A stretch of 32,000 nt of DNA from Hyperthermus butylicus DSM 5456 (lineage in GTDB: Archaea; Thermoproteota; Thermoprotei_A; Sulfolobales; Pyrodictiaceae): positions 1,110,001 to 1,142,000 of the forward strand of contig NC_008818.1 of NCBI RefSeq assembly GCF_000015145.1. The letters are read 5' to 3'. Made by a program: the position numbers and the translations under genes. Below the pieces are notes generated by a model that saw only the letters and a program-made list of their open reading frames with translations, was not told where the DNA came from and searched no databases. This document shows, piece by piece, positions 10,059 through 19,566 of the stretch (position 1 is the first letter of the stretch; each line of letters starts with the position of its first letter).

Positions 10059-10295
10059 GTGAGTATGTCCGAGAGGCAGGGAAGGGAATATACTGCCTAC
10101 GTTCCTGAACAGCTATACAAGAGGATTGCAAGAGAGGTAAAGAGAGAGAGCTTCGTCACACCATACATGCTCGCCGAAAAATACAACATGACTATCAGTC
10201 TTGCTAGACAAGTGTTGAAGCGCCTAGCAAAAGAGGGTATTGTTGAATTATACTCGCCTAGCCGTAGAGCACCAATATACGTCGTCAAGAAGTAG
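10059..10295 (+). CDS. rps25e: Ribosomal protein S25e-like small winged-helix protein
   Basis: 78 aa with S25e-like pattern YVPEQLYKRIAREVKRESFVTPYMLAEKYNMTISLARQVLKRLAKEGIVELYSPSRRAPIYV. Confidence 0.72.
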   Translation: MSMSERQGREYTAYVPEQLYKRIAREVKRESFVTPYMLAEKYNMTISLARQVLKRLAKEGIVELYSPSRRAPIYVVKK

Positions 10296-10419
10296 ACTCT
10301 CTACATGTCTACATGATTTAATACATCCACTTGCTGCACCTACTACAGCCCTGTTTTAATCGTTGGCACACTGCCTTCTTCTTTGGGCTCTCCAACTCTC
10401 AGTCTTGGGGGTAGGGTAG

Positions 10420-12438
10420 ATGATTAAAAGAAAGACATCCATGACTGCTTTCGATGTCGCCGCCGTAGTTCGGCAACTTAGTGGACTTCAAGGGAGCAGG
10501 CTTGCAAACATCTACGCCTACAATGGCGGGTTTCTGCTCAGGTTCAAAGGCGCTGAAGATGCACGAGTTGTCGTTGTTCCTGCAGTAAGACTCCATGCAA
10601 CAAGGTATGAGCCTGCAGAGAGGGGGACTCCTCCCCCGCTTGTTATGGGCTTGAGGAAGTATATTCGTGGAGCCCGACTTGAAAGCGTTGAACAGCACGG
10701 GTTTGACCGTATTGCAGTATTCAGGTTTTCCCGCGGCAATGGCTCCTATGTACTTGTTACCGAACTCCTTCCTCGTGGTGTTGTTGTTCTCGCTGACTCG
10801 TCCTGGAAAATTCTACACGCTAGTGAACAGCGCGAAATGAGAGACCGTGTTATCAGGAGAGGTGTTGAGTACCAGTTTCCTCCGAGCAATACTATACATC
10901 CCTCCCAGCTTGCAGGAGAAACCGTTGAAGAAGCCTTATCGAGTGGTAGTGGAGAAGCAATTCGTATTTTAGCTCGTAGATTAGGTTATCCCGGCGAGGT
11001 TCTCGAAGAGGTTTTTGCAAGGCTCGACATACCTGTAGACGCTAGTGCAGACAGTCTTGCTGGCCGCGGCGACGAGATAGCCGAGGCTATACGCAGACTA
11101 TATGAGGAGTGCATGCAGCTGAAAGGCTACATAGTGTATGATAAGGGTGTTCCATTAACCGTAACTTGCTTTGAGCCCCGCGGGCTAGCTGCTCGTTACG
11201 GATTTGAGTACCGGGCATTTAACGACCCTAGTACAGCTTACGACGAGTACTTCCTCACGGTTGCACGAGAGGCGGCTGGAGCTAGCACTGTTGCAGCTGA
11301 AATTGAGGCAGAGAGAAAGAAGCTGCTCGCCTCTCTTGAGGCCGCCCGCCGCAACCTTGAGCACTTACGTAAGAAGCTTAGAGAGCTTGAAGAACTTGCA
11401 GAGATAGTGTCAACAAACATAGCCGACGTATATGATGCTGTGGAATGCGCCCGAAAAATGAGGGAAACTGCTGGCTGGGAGCAGATACCTGGCAACTGTC
11501 CAGGCGTAGTCGACGTTGAACCGAACAAAGGTATCATTAAGATATCAATTGTCGGGAACATAGTACCAATCGATATACGTATGGAGCCAGGCAGACTCGT
11601 CGTCGACTTATACAAGAGGATTGGCGAGGTGAGAGCAAAGATTGAGCGTGGCGAGAAAGCAGTGAAAGATATTGAAGCTAGACTCGCCGAGCTCGAGGAG
11701 AAAGTTAGGCAGCGCTTGCTCCGTGCTCGTGCAATGGTACGGAGGAAGGAGTGGTACGAGAAATATCACTGGGTAATAACGAGCCATGGATACCTAGCCA
11801 TCGGCGGCAGGGATGCCAGCCAAAACGAGTCCGTGGTTAAGAGGTACCTCAATGATAAGAGGATATTCATGCACGCAGATATACATGGTGCACCAGCTGT
11901 AGTCTTCTTCGCTGAGGGCCAGACACCGCCAGAACAGGATCTGCGTGAAGCTGCAGCCATAGCTGCTGCCTACTCTAAGGCCTGGAAGGCTGGTATTGGT
12001 AGTGTGGACGTGTACTGGGTTTGGGGGAGCCAGGTTTCGAAGGCTGCTCCTGCGGGCGAGTACCTTGCTAAGGGCGCATTCATGGTGTACGGCAAGAGGA
12101 ACTATATACGTAACGTTGAAGTCAAGATAGCTATCGGGATTGGCCTAGAGGACGAGTATAGCCCTGTAGTCATAGTAGGCCCTGATAGCCTCGTGAGGAG
12201 GAGGAGCATCGTGTATGCCGTGCTAGCCCCAGGCGATGAGGACCCCTCAAAGCTCGCCAAGAGGCTTCGGAGCCTCCTCGCGGGGAAGGCGGGAGAGTAT
12301 AAGCCTATAATCGAAGCTGTAGGAGTTGAAGAGCTACGTGAACGCATACCGGGTCGGGCGAGGGTCCTCTATGTCGGTAGGGGGAGCAGAGAAGAGCCGC
12401 CGAGACCTCTTCGAATACTACATGGAGAGGAGAGTTGA
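10420..12438 (+). CDS. rqcH: Archaeal Rqc2/NEMF/RqcH-family protein (NFACT domains)
   Basis: 672 aa. N-terminal NFACT-N-like MTAFDVAAVVRQLSGLQGSRLANIYAYNGGFLLRFKG, central coiled coil, and NFACT-R-like WYEKYHWVITSHGYLAIGGRDASQNESVVKRYLNDKRIFMHADIHGAPAVVFF. Confidence 0.93.
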   Translation: MIKRKTSMTAFDVAAVVRQLSGLQGSRLANIYAYNGGFLLRFKGAEDARVVVVPAVRLHATRYEPAERGTPPPLVMGLRKYIRGARLESVEQHGFDRIAVFRFSRGNGSYVLVTELLPRGVVVLADSSWKILHASEQREMRDRVIRRGVEYQFPPSNTIHPSQLAGETVEEALSSGSGEAIRILARRLGYPGEVLEEVFARLDIPVDASADSLAGRGDEIAEAIRRLYEECMQLKGYIVYDKGVPLTVTCFEPRGLAARYGFEYRAFNDPSTAYDEYFLTVAREAAGASTVAAEIEAERKKLLASLEAARRNLEHLRKKLRELEELAEIVSTNIADVYDAVECARKMRETAGWEQIPGNCPGVVDVEPNKGIIKISIVGNIVPIDIRMEPGRLVVDLYKRIGEVRAKIERGEKAVKDIEARLAELEEKVRQRLLRARAMVRRKEWYEKYHWVITSHGYLAIGGRDASQNESVVKRYLNDKRIFMHADIHGAPAVVFFAEGQTPPEQDLREAAAIAAAYSKAWKAGIGSVDVYWVWGSQVSKAAPAGEYLAKGAFMVYGKRNYIRNVEVKIAIGIGLEDEYSPVVIVGPDSLVRRRSIVYAVLAPGDEDPSKLAKRLRSLLAGKAGEYKPIIEAVGVEELRERIPGRARVLYVGRGSREEPPRPLRILHGEES

Positions 12439-12682
12439 GCGGCTTAAGCTCTCAGCAGTGAGGATAATATCAGGCCTCGTGCTTGGCATTGCTGCAGCCC
12501 TAGCAGAGTCAACCACAATCGCATATGCGCTCTTCACGGCATACCTTGGCATTATACTTGTTTCGGGAGAGTACGCTAGGGCGAGATATAAACTGCTAAG
12601 AAGCCATGAACCATATACAGCCGGGCTAATCAGCGGATTAGCTGCATTCGTCTTGGGCGTCATCCTTGGCTCGGCGCTGTAG
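12422..12682 (+). CDS. Small membrane protein overlapping the 3' end of the rqcH homolog
   Basis: In-frame ATG at 12422 gives MERRVERLKLSAVRIISGLVLGIAAALAESTTIAYALFTAYLGIILVSGEYARARYK...LISGLAAFVLGVILGSAL, with about 3 hydrophobic segments. It overlaps the upstream gene by 17 nt. Confidence 0.6.
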   Translation: MERRVERLKLSAVRIISGLVLGIAAALAESTTIAYALFTAYLGIILVSGEYARARYKLLRSHEPYTAGLISGLAAFVLGVILGSAL

Positions 12683-13355
12683 CCCCATTGGTGGGAAGTA
12701 GTTGCCAGCAGCTTGGCAATCCCTGCCCCTTTATTTCCCGGAGTTCCTCAAGGGCCAGACCTGCTGCCAGCAGTTCCCGCAGCTCCGGAGCCATCAATGG
12801 TTCTCCATTAACTTTTGGGTACGCGTAGGGCAGTTCAACCTCAATCACGCCAAGATCTCCCAGGTCGATGCTTACCACGGGATTTAATACGACCTCAAGT
12901 CTGTCTGGCGCCACTCCTTCTAGAGTCTTAACTGCAGCATAAACCGCACCATCGATGCTGAATTGGTGGGGGCCCAGGCTTCTAGCTTTCATTCCGCTTG
13001 CACGCCTTGTCAGCAGCTCTCTCGTTCTTCCCCGTGGCGGGTGGTCCCCGAGAATTCCACCAATAACTATTGCCTCCGCATTAGCTGCCTCCTGCGGGTC
13101 CAGCAGTTTTTCCGCTTGGGGATCAAGGATTATCACATTGCTCCGAGAAGTGTAGAGAGTACCTTCAAGCTCTACTATACTCTTCTCGTAGCATGGAGCT
13201 ATCATGCTTAGCTCTTTACAGCAACGCCCCGCATTCGTGAATACAAGCCTGCCATGGGCTAACCGAGCTGCGTGGCGGTACTCTGCAAGTATCCAGCGGG
13301 ATAGTACGGGCTCAAGATGCTCTATCACTATTAGCGGCTTCTCTCTCCTTTTCAC
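12660..13355 (-). CDS. Predicted SAM-dependent RNA/protein methyltransferase, DUF431/PF04252 (Sfm1-like SPOUT)
   Basis: Family-typical IEHLEPVLSRWILAEYRH, ILDPQAEKLLDPQEAANAEAIVIGGILGDHPPRGRTRELLTRR and RSLGPHQFSIDGAVY. Confidence 0.87.
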   Translation of the reverse strand: MKRREKPLIVIEHLEPVLSRWILAEYRHAARLAHGRLVFTNAGRCCKELSMIAPCYEKSIVELEGTLYTSRSNVIILDPQAEKLLDPQEAANAEAIVIGGILGDHPPRGRTRELLTRRASGMKARSLGPHQFSIDGAVYAAVKTLEGVAPDRLEVVLNPVVSIDLGDLGVIEVELPYAYPKVNGEPLMAPELRELLAAGLALEELREIKGQGLPSCWQLLPTNGATAPSQG

Positions 13356-14223
13356 GGCTCCACAGCTCCCTCCGAAGAGCCTCCAGAGGCTCGTAGGGTA
13401 CGCCCATAAACTCTGCCGCAGAGATCACTCTTGCTGCAGCACCTTCTGCCAGCTGACGTAGACGGTGTAGATATTCAATATCTCTTGCAAAGTGGTGGTC
13501 TGCAACTATTATGGAGCCTGGGAGTTTTAGGGCTAGTTGACGCAGGTTTTCAAGTCCTCTATGGACATCCTCTTCTGGCACCTTTACACCTTCAAAGTAG
13601 GTTGGAGGCCCACTAATGAAAACAACATCAGGCTTGAGGGATAGTATTGTTTCGAGGGCCCTCACCGATATTGGGCCTTGCACGTCTGATGCATGCAGGA
13701 AACGCTCTCCGCAACATTCGACTGAAACCATTACCACGTAGCCTAGTTTGCTTCCCTCAGCGCCATGCGGTACGGGCTCCGACCCGGCTATTACGAGATC
13801 ACCGTCGATCTTGTAGCTTTTCGCGTCGAGGATATCTATGCGCTTTGCCAGCTGGCTGACGTCGTAGCGGGATAGAAGACGGTGAGCCCTAATTCTTTGG
13901 CTAACATTAATACTCGCCTTAGGATCCTTTATTATCAGCCACTTGTCCCGATATACCTCTGCGTCCTCGGGCTTGTAGAGGTAGTGGTCATAGTGGTAGT
14001 GTGTTATGATGATAATATCCGTGTCCTGTAACTCGTCAATTATGCGTTCTCTGACTTTCTCAACTCTCTCAAGCTCTATGGGGTGGGGTGGAAGCCCGTA
14101 TCTTCGAGGGGCATAGCTAACACCAGGGTCAATAGCTATCTTTACGCCGCCAGCGTCAACGAACGTGGCCATCGACCGTACTCCAGTACTATCGGATGCG
14201 ATTATCTTCACCCTAAGCTCCAC
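13312..14223 (-). CDS. MBL-fold metallohydrolase, UPF0282 family
   Basis: THYHYDH metal-binding motif, FHASDVQGP-like segment (RFLHASDVQGP) and ADHHFARD. N-terminus VKIIASDSTGVRSMATFVDAGGVKIAIDPG. Confidence 0.88.
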   Translation of the reverse strand: MELRVKIIASDSTGVRSMATFVDAGGVKIAIDPGVSYAPRRYGLPPHPIELERVEKVRERIIDELQDTDIIIITHYHYDHYLYKPEDAEVYRDKWLIIKDPKASINVSQRIRAHRLLSRYDVSQLAKRIDILDAKSYKIDGDLVIAGSEPVPHGAEGSKLGYVVMVSVECCGERFLHASDVQGPISVRALETILSLKPDVVFISGPPTYFEGVKVPEEDVHRGLENLRQLALKLPGSIIVADHHFARDIEYLHRLRQLAEGAAARVISAAEFMGVPYEPLEALRRELWSREKEREAANSDRAS

Positions 14224-14344
14224 GCCACGTGCACCCTTTAGCTAGCAGTTGAGGGCCTCGGCGGCGGCCACCAGGCGTAGGGGTGTTCCACACCTTCAGC
14301 CATGGATTTCGGATGAGGGGAAGGATCCCCATCGGCCCCATTTC

Positions 14345-14758
14345 CTAGTCTACTGGTTCTACTCTATAGCCTTTAAAGAGCCAGCTAAACCTCTGGTATG
14401 TCTTCTCATCAAGAATTATATCCTCGCCCTCAGCTGCGAAGCGAAGCCCTTCTATCGGATGGCGTGGGGGATCCGGGTAGTTTTGTAGTTCTGGAGGCTT
14501 ATCTCTACCGACATAGATCCAGCGTATCCGCGAGGTCTTGCCCTTCTTTCCAGCATAGCTTACTTTCCACCAATACCTGCCTATGTAGATGTACCGCTTG
14601 AAGCCGTTCTCGGTTCTCCTTGTAACTATGTGCATGGGCTTTAAGTAGTAACCGGTTCCGGCTATGAGGCTGTTATAGTGGTATATCATTCTCTTATACT
14701 CTTCAATGATTGCTTCTACTGCTTTGAGACCACCTATAATCCGTAGCCGGCGCGGCAC
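14345..14758 (-). CDS. Conserved hypothetical protein (137 aa)
   Basis: ORF with plausible composition and no overlap with other genes: MPRRLRIIGGLKAVEAIIEEYKRMIYHYNSLIAGTG... Confidence 0.6.
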   Translation of the reverse strand: MPRRLRIIGGLKAVEAIIEEYKRMIYHYNSLIAGTGYYLKPMHIVTRRTENGFKRYIYIGRYWWKVSYAGKKGKTSRIRWIYVGRDKPPELQNYPDPPRHPIEGLRFAAEGEDIILDEKTYQRFSWLFKGYRVEPVD

Positions 14759-14838
14759 CTTAACACTGCCCCGAGGCGAGGACTTAATGTTGAGCTGAGC
14801 CTAGGCTGGGGCAAAAACAGTTCCGTGCCCCACAATTC

Positions 14839-16557
14839 CTACCAGCGTAGTAACGGCGGCCTCTTCTCCATGACTTTTCTCCTTATCTCCTGTAGCTTAC
14901 TTGCTATCTCCTTGTCGAAGCGTGCTGGGAGCTTGCGGAAGAGCTGTTCTGGCTTACCTATCCTGTGGCCTGGCTTTATTATCATCTCACCAGCCTGCTT
15001 CCAGCGCCCTGGCTCATGCACGCTACCTGGAAGATTTAGCATCTTCCAGAGCCTCTCGGCAGAGTCTGGCGTGAACGGCGCCAAGAGTATCGCTAGAGTA
15101 GCTACAGAGTTTACTGCGAGGTACATTGTTGTAGCTGCATCCTTTGGATCAGTCTTTATCTTATCCCAGGGTGCCTTGGTGTTCAAGTACTGGTTGCCCT
15201 TACGGGCTAGCTCTATAACTTCTCCTAGGGCCTGCTTGAGTCTGACTTCTTCGAAATACTTCTCGGCCCTTCGCGGGGTCTCTCTTATAGCCTTCTCGAA
15301 CTCCTTGTCTGCATCGCTATAGGAGCCTGGTTCTGGCACTACAGAGCCAAACTTTGATTCTATGAATCTAAGTACTCGATGGACGTAGTTGCCTATGTCG
15401 TCATTCATTTCGGTATTAACTATTCTCAAGAACTCACTCCAAGTAAAGTTTGTGTCCTTAGCCTCAGGCCTCATCCTTATGAGGGCAAACCGCCAATAGT
15501 CAGCTGGAAGTATCTCTAGAGCCTCATCTATCCAGATGCCCCATCTGCGGCTCTTTGAGAACTGTTCGCCCTCGTACATCAAGTACTCTGTAGCAGAGAT
15601 GTAGCTTGGTAGTACGTATGGATCACCGCTACCGATTAGCATTGCTGGCAGGATTATTGCATGGAAAGGTATGTTGTCCTTGCCTATGAAGTACACGGTC
15701 TTTGTCTCGGGGTTGAACCAATACTTCTTCCATAGTTCGGGATCTCCCTTCTTCAGCCCATACTCTTTTGTGGCTGAAATGTAGCCTAGGAGCGCGTCAA
15801 ACCAGACGTATATTGTCTTGCCCTCGGCGCCGGGGAATGGGGCTGGAATCCCCCACTTGTTGTCCCTTGTTACGCTCCTAGGCTTGAGACCTTCCTTAAG
15901 CATGTTAAGGCTGTAGTTTTTGACGTTTGGTGGGAGATTTGACTCGCGGAGCCACTTCTCAACCTTCTCTTGGAGTTTTGGAAGATTGAAAAACCAATGC
16001 TTACTCTTGCGGAACTCTACGGGGCCACCACATATTGAGCAACGTGGGTTTTTGAGCTCTGTGGGGTGAAGTAGTCTGCCACAGTTGTCGCACTGGTCCC
16101 CATAGGCTTTCTCGAAGCCACAGTATGGACATGTACCTACGACAAAGCGGTCTGGGAGGAACATTTTGTCGCGTGGACAGTAGGGTAGTACGTCGTCCTG
16201 CTCGAATATGTAGCCGTTCTGGTAGAGCTTCATCATGAATTCTCTCACAAACTCCTTGTGTACAGGGTTCTCGGTGCGCGTGTAATTGTCAAAGCTTATC
16301 CTAAATTCTTCAAAGAGCTTCTTCACGTACTCGTGTGCTTGGTCGGTGAGCTGCTTGGGGTGTACACCCCTCCTTATGGCTTCAACCTCTATTGGAGTGC
16401 CATGTTCATCACTACCGCTAACGAATACTACGTCTTCGCCCTTGAGGCGCAGGTAGCGGGCGAAGACGTCGGCAGAGAGTATGGAGCCTATGAGGTTGCC
16501 GAGATGTGGAATGCTGTTAACATATGGCCATGCAGAGGCTACTATCCACCTACCCAT
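14839..16557 (-). CDS. metG: Methionyl-tRNA synthetase
   Basis: [18 protein letters not shown] signature, Zn knuckles [21 protein letters not shown]...CSICGGP, KMSKS-like [11 protein letters not shown], and WYFWFDAxxGYIS-like [16 protein letters not shown]. Confidence 0.97.
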
Positions 16558-16682
16558 AACAACTCACCGCTACTACTACCCTGGAAGGGGCTATGTGCTA
16601 CCTATCTCTAGCGCGGCTTGTTTTGGCTCTTTATTAACTCTGCCCGGTACCAGTCTATAGAGCGCGTAGTGTACCCAGGGGT

Positions 16683-17612
16683 GTGGGGCCGAGTATGGTG
16701 GTAGTACACGCCGCTGTAGGCAACATCAACGTTGACATATACCTTGTCGTAGATGATCTGCCGAGGCCTGGCGAGAACATTGTAGCACGTGAAGCCTACA
16801 TAGGCCCTGGAGGCGCGGCTGCAAATTACTCTGTCGCGGTCAGGCTCTACGGGCATCAAGCAATACTTGTAGGACATACTAGTGTGTTCGCTGAGCGGCT
16901 CGGCATCCTTGACGCGCTTAGGGGGAAGGGAGTCAGCCTCAGCCTTGTAAGGATACATGAAGGTGAGTTGCCGGGCATAGTAGTGGTGCTCGTTACACCC
17001 AACGGCGAACGTACCATGCTTGCGCTGCGCGGCGCCAATAACATGCTTACAGGTAACGAAGCTAGGTGTAGATGTGACGTGCTCCACGTGGCTAGCCGTG
17101 ACACCAACGTGCTTAGCAATGCTTCTACAGCCGCCTCGGCGGAGCTGGTGTCGTACGACCCAGGCTCCTCGGTTGCACGTAGTGAAGGTGCAGGCATCAT
17201 TGAGGCTGCTAGGAGGCATGTGTCAATACTCTATCTCAACAAGCTAGAGTACGAGTACGTAACAGGTACAAGTGAGCTGGATAGCGTTGCAAGGCTCCTC
17301 GGTGGAAAGCTCCGCTACGTTGTCGTGAAATTGGGTGCTGAGGGCGCGTTAGCTGCAACTCCCGATGGTGTATATCGTGTAGAGGCGTATAGGCATGGAG
17401 CTGTTGTTGATCCCACAGGGGCTGGTGACGTATTCGCCGCATACTTCAACTCCGCGCTGGCCGACGGCTACAGTGTTACCGAGGCTCTACAGTATGCTTC
17501 CGTAGCTGCGGGAGTGAAGGTTTCGAGACGTGGAGCCCAGAGTGCCCCTTCAAGGAGGGAGGTTGAAGAGATCATTGCTAGCCGTCCGCCGAGGGTCTGG
17601 AGGATCGCCTAG
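16683..17612 (+). CDS. PfkB-family carbohydrate/nucleoside kinase
   Basis: GPGGAAANYSVAVRLYG near the N-terminus and anion-hole motif VDPTGAGDVFAAYF near the C-terminus. Confidence 0.93.
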   Translation: MGPSMVVVHAAVGNINVDIYLVVDDLPRPGENIVAREAYIGPGGAAANYSVAVRLYGHQAILVGHTSVFAERLGILDALRGKGVSLSLVRIHEGELPGIVVVLVTPNGERTMLALRGANNMLTGNEARCRCDVLHVASRDTNVLSNASTAASAELVSYDPGSSVARSEGAGIIEAARRHVSILYLNKLEYEYVTGTSELDSVARLLGGKLRYVVVKLGAEGALAATPDGVYRVEAYRHGAVVDPTGAGDVFAAYFNSALADGYSVTEALQYASVAAGVKVSRRGAQSAPSRREVEEIIASRPPRVWRIA

Positions 17613-18015
17613 GCTGCCAGAGCTTAGGCTTAACTGCAGACTATCCGATGACAGATACTGTGCGAAGTGCTGCTATAATACCGAGATGCCGCTCACAAGG
17701 GAGGATATAGAGAGAATTGAGATGCTCGGCTATCCCCGCAGCTACTTCATTGTAGTCGGGCCCGACGGGGTTCCGAGACTGAGGAACATTGACGGCCACT
17801 GCATTTTCTTAGATCCTGGAACGGGTAGGTGTAAGATCTATGAGCATCGTCCTCTCGGCTGCAGGCTGTATCCCCTGGTCTATGTGCCTGGCGAGGGTGT
17901 CGCTGTGGATCTGGAATGCCCTCTAGCCCACGCGGTTCCGAGGCATGTTGTGAAAAAGTTTGAAAGGCAATTGGTGAGACTCGTAAGGGAGATCTATGGA
18001 GAGCTAGAGGACTAG
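17575..18015 (+). CDS. YkgJ-like cysteine-cluster (putative Fe-S/Zn) protein
   Basis: NCRLSDDRYCAKCCYNTEMPLTREDIERI...GHCIFLDPGTGRCKIYEHRPLGCRLYPL. The Cys cluster requires a start upstream of the ATG. TTG at 17575 is one candidate, overlapping pfkB. Confidence 0.82.
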   Translation: MLAVRRGSGGSPRLPELRLNCRLSDDRYCAKCCYNTEMPLTREDIERIEMLGYPRSYFIVVGPDGVPRLRNIDGHCIFLDPGTGRCKIYEHRPLGCRLYPLVYVPGEGVAVDLECPLAHAVPRHVVKKFERQLVRLVREIYGELED

Positions 18016-19566
18016 CTTTTCGCCCCTCTGCCGCCGCCTTAATACACGGTATGTAGGAGTAACCGTGCGTGGATGGTTAGCATAGATCGTGTCTAGCCTT
18101 GTGACGCTAGTATTTCTCGGAGCCCTCTTTACCTCCTCGGGGTTCTCATAGGCTTTCTCCGCTATCTTCCGTAATGCCTCTGCATATCTCTCGATTTCCC
18201 TACGTGGCTCGGACTCGGTAAATTCTATCATTAACGCCTCCTCTACTATTAAGGGGAAGTATATTGTTGGAGCGTGGAGCCCATGGTCTAGAAGGGCCTT
18301 AGCTACGTCCTCTGCTGTGACACCCGTGTCTCTCTTTAGCGGCTTTGCTGAGAGTACCAGCTCGTGCTTCCGCGGCCGGTTAGGATCGTAGGGTAGTTCG
18401 TAACCACGGACATCCTTCATGAGGGCTATGAAGTAGTTTGTATTTATGACGCTCTGTATTGCTGTCTCCCTTAGCCCTTCGCCACCCAGCATTGCTATGT
18501 ATACGTAAGCCTTGACTAGTGGGATTATGTTGCCGTAGAAGGCCCTCACGCGGCCTATACAACGTTCACAACTATAATCCCAGTAGTACTTTCCTCTACG
18601 CTTTTCTATGAGGGGCCTCGGGAGATAGTCTACAAGCTCTCCCTTGGCACACACCACGCCCGCGCCTGGACCCCCACCGCCGTGGGGGGCTGAGAAGGTC
18701 TTGTGGATGTTTAAGTGGACTACGTCGAAGCCCATGTCGCCGGGCCGGACAATACCCATTATCCCGTTGAGGTTTGCACCATCATAGTATAGTAGTGCGC
18801 CCTTTGAGTGGAGCAAGTCTGCTAGCTCGAGGATACGATCCTCGAAGATGCCAAGGGTATTAGGATTTGTAAGCATTATACCTGCAGTCCTCTCAGACAA
18901 TACTGTCCTGACAGCCTCAAGATCCACTGTGCCATGTTCCGACGTGGGTATCTTGACGACTTTGAAGCCCGCCATCGCTGCGCTTGCGGGGTTTGTACCG
19001 TGAGCCGAGTCTGGCACTAGCATCTCATCACGGGTTTCTCCCCGGTCGAGGAAGTACTTGCGTATCATGAGTGCACCAGCTAGCTCCCCAGCCGCACCCG
19101 CTGGTGTTTGTAGACTGCATCGATCCATGCCGGTTATCTCTGCCAGCCAGCGCTCTAGCTCGTAGAGGATCTCTAGGAGGCCTTGTACGGTCTCTTCGTC
19201 CTGGTATGGATGTAGGAGCTTTATCCTAGGGTCTGATGCTATTTCCTCGCTTATCTTGGGATTATACTTCATTGTGCAGGAGCCTAAGGGCACTGGGCCG
19301 ACATCTACACCGTAGCTCATCTGGCTTAGCCTGGTAAAGTGTCTTACAGTCTCTACCTCGCTTAGGCCTGGTATCCCCGGCAGCTCCCTACGATAGTATT
19401 CTCCGAGATCCTCTTCCGGGGTTGTACCGAGATACTCCATGATCTCCTTGTCGTCACTGCTGTAGGGTACTATATAGCCGGTATTGCTGGGCGAGCCTAG
19501 CTCGTATACAAGTGGTTCCTCCCAGCGCGCCTGCCTCCAACCACGTCTAAGCTGCAAGTATCTCAC
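18004..19566 (-). CDS. gcvPB: Glycine dehydrogenase (decarboxylating) subunit 2
   Basis: PLP-binding region NIHKTFSAPHGGGGPGAG, GSCTMKYNPK, PAGAAGE and DSAHGTNPASAAMAG. Confidence 0.96.
   Translation of the reverse strand: MRYLQLRRGWRQARWEEPLVYELGSPSNTGYIVPYSSDDKEIMEYLGTTPEEDLGEYYRRELPGIPGLSEVETVRHFTRLSQMSYGVDVGPVPLGSCTMKYNPKISEEIASDPRIKLLHPYQDEETVQGLLEILYELERWLAEITGMDRCSLQTPAGAAGELAGALMIRKYFLDRGETRDEMLVPDSAHGTNPASAAMAGFKVVKIPTSEHGTVDLEAVRTVLSERTAGIMLTNPNTLGIFEDRILELADLLHSKGALLYYDGANLNGIMGIVRPGDMGFDVVHLNIHKTFSAPHGGGGPGAGVVCAKGELVDYLPRPLIEKRRGKYYWDYSCERCIGRVRAFYGNIIPLVKAYVYIAMLGGEGLRETAIQSVINTNYFIALMKDVRGYELPYDPNRPRKHELVLSAKPLKRDTGVTAEDVAKALLDHGLHAPTIYFPLIVEEALMIEFTESEPRREIERYAEALRKIAEKAYENPEEVKRAPRNTSVTRLDTIYANHPRTVTPTYRVLRRRQRGEKLVL

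Noticed and set aside
11238-11615. 125-aa Ser-rich minus ORF
   Set aside because: Shadow ORF opposite the coiled-coil-coding part of the Rqc2 homolog.
16258-16611. 117-aa plus ORF
   Set aside because: Antisense to the conserved N-terminal catalytic region of methionyl-tRNA synthetase.
16608-17219. 203-aa minus ORF overlapping the PfkB kinase gene
   Set aside because: Fully antisense to a strongly supported PfkB kinase. The His/Cys-rich, low-complexity translation has no family features.
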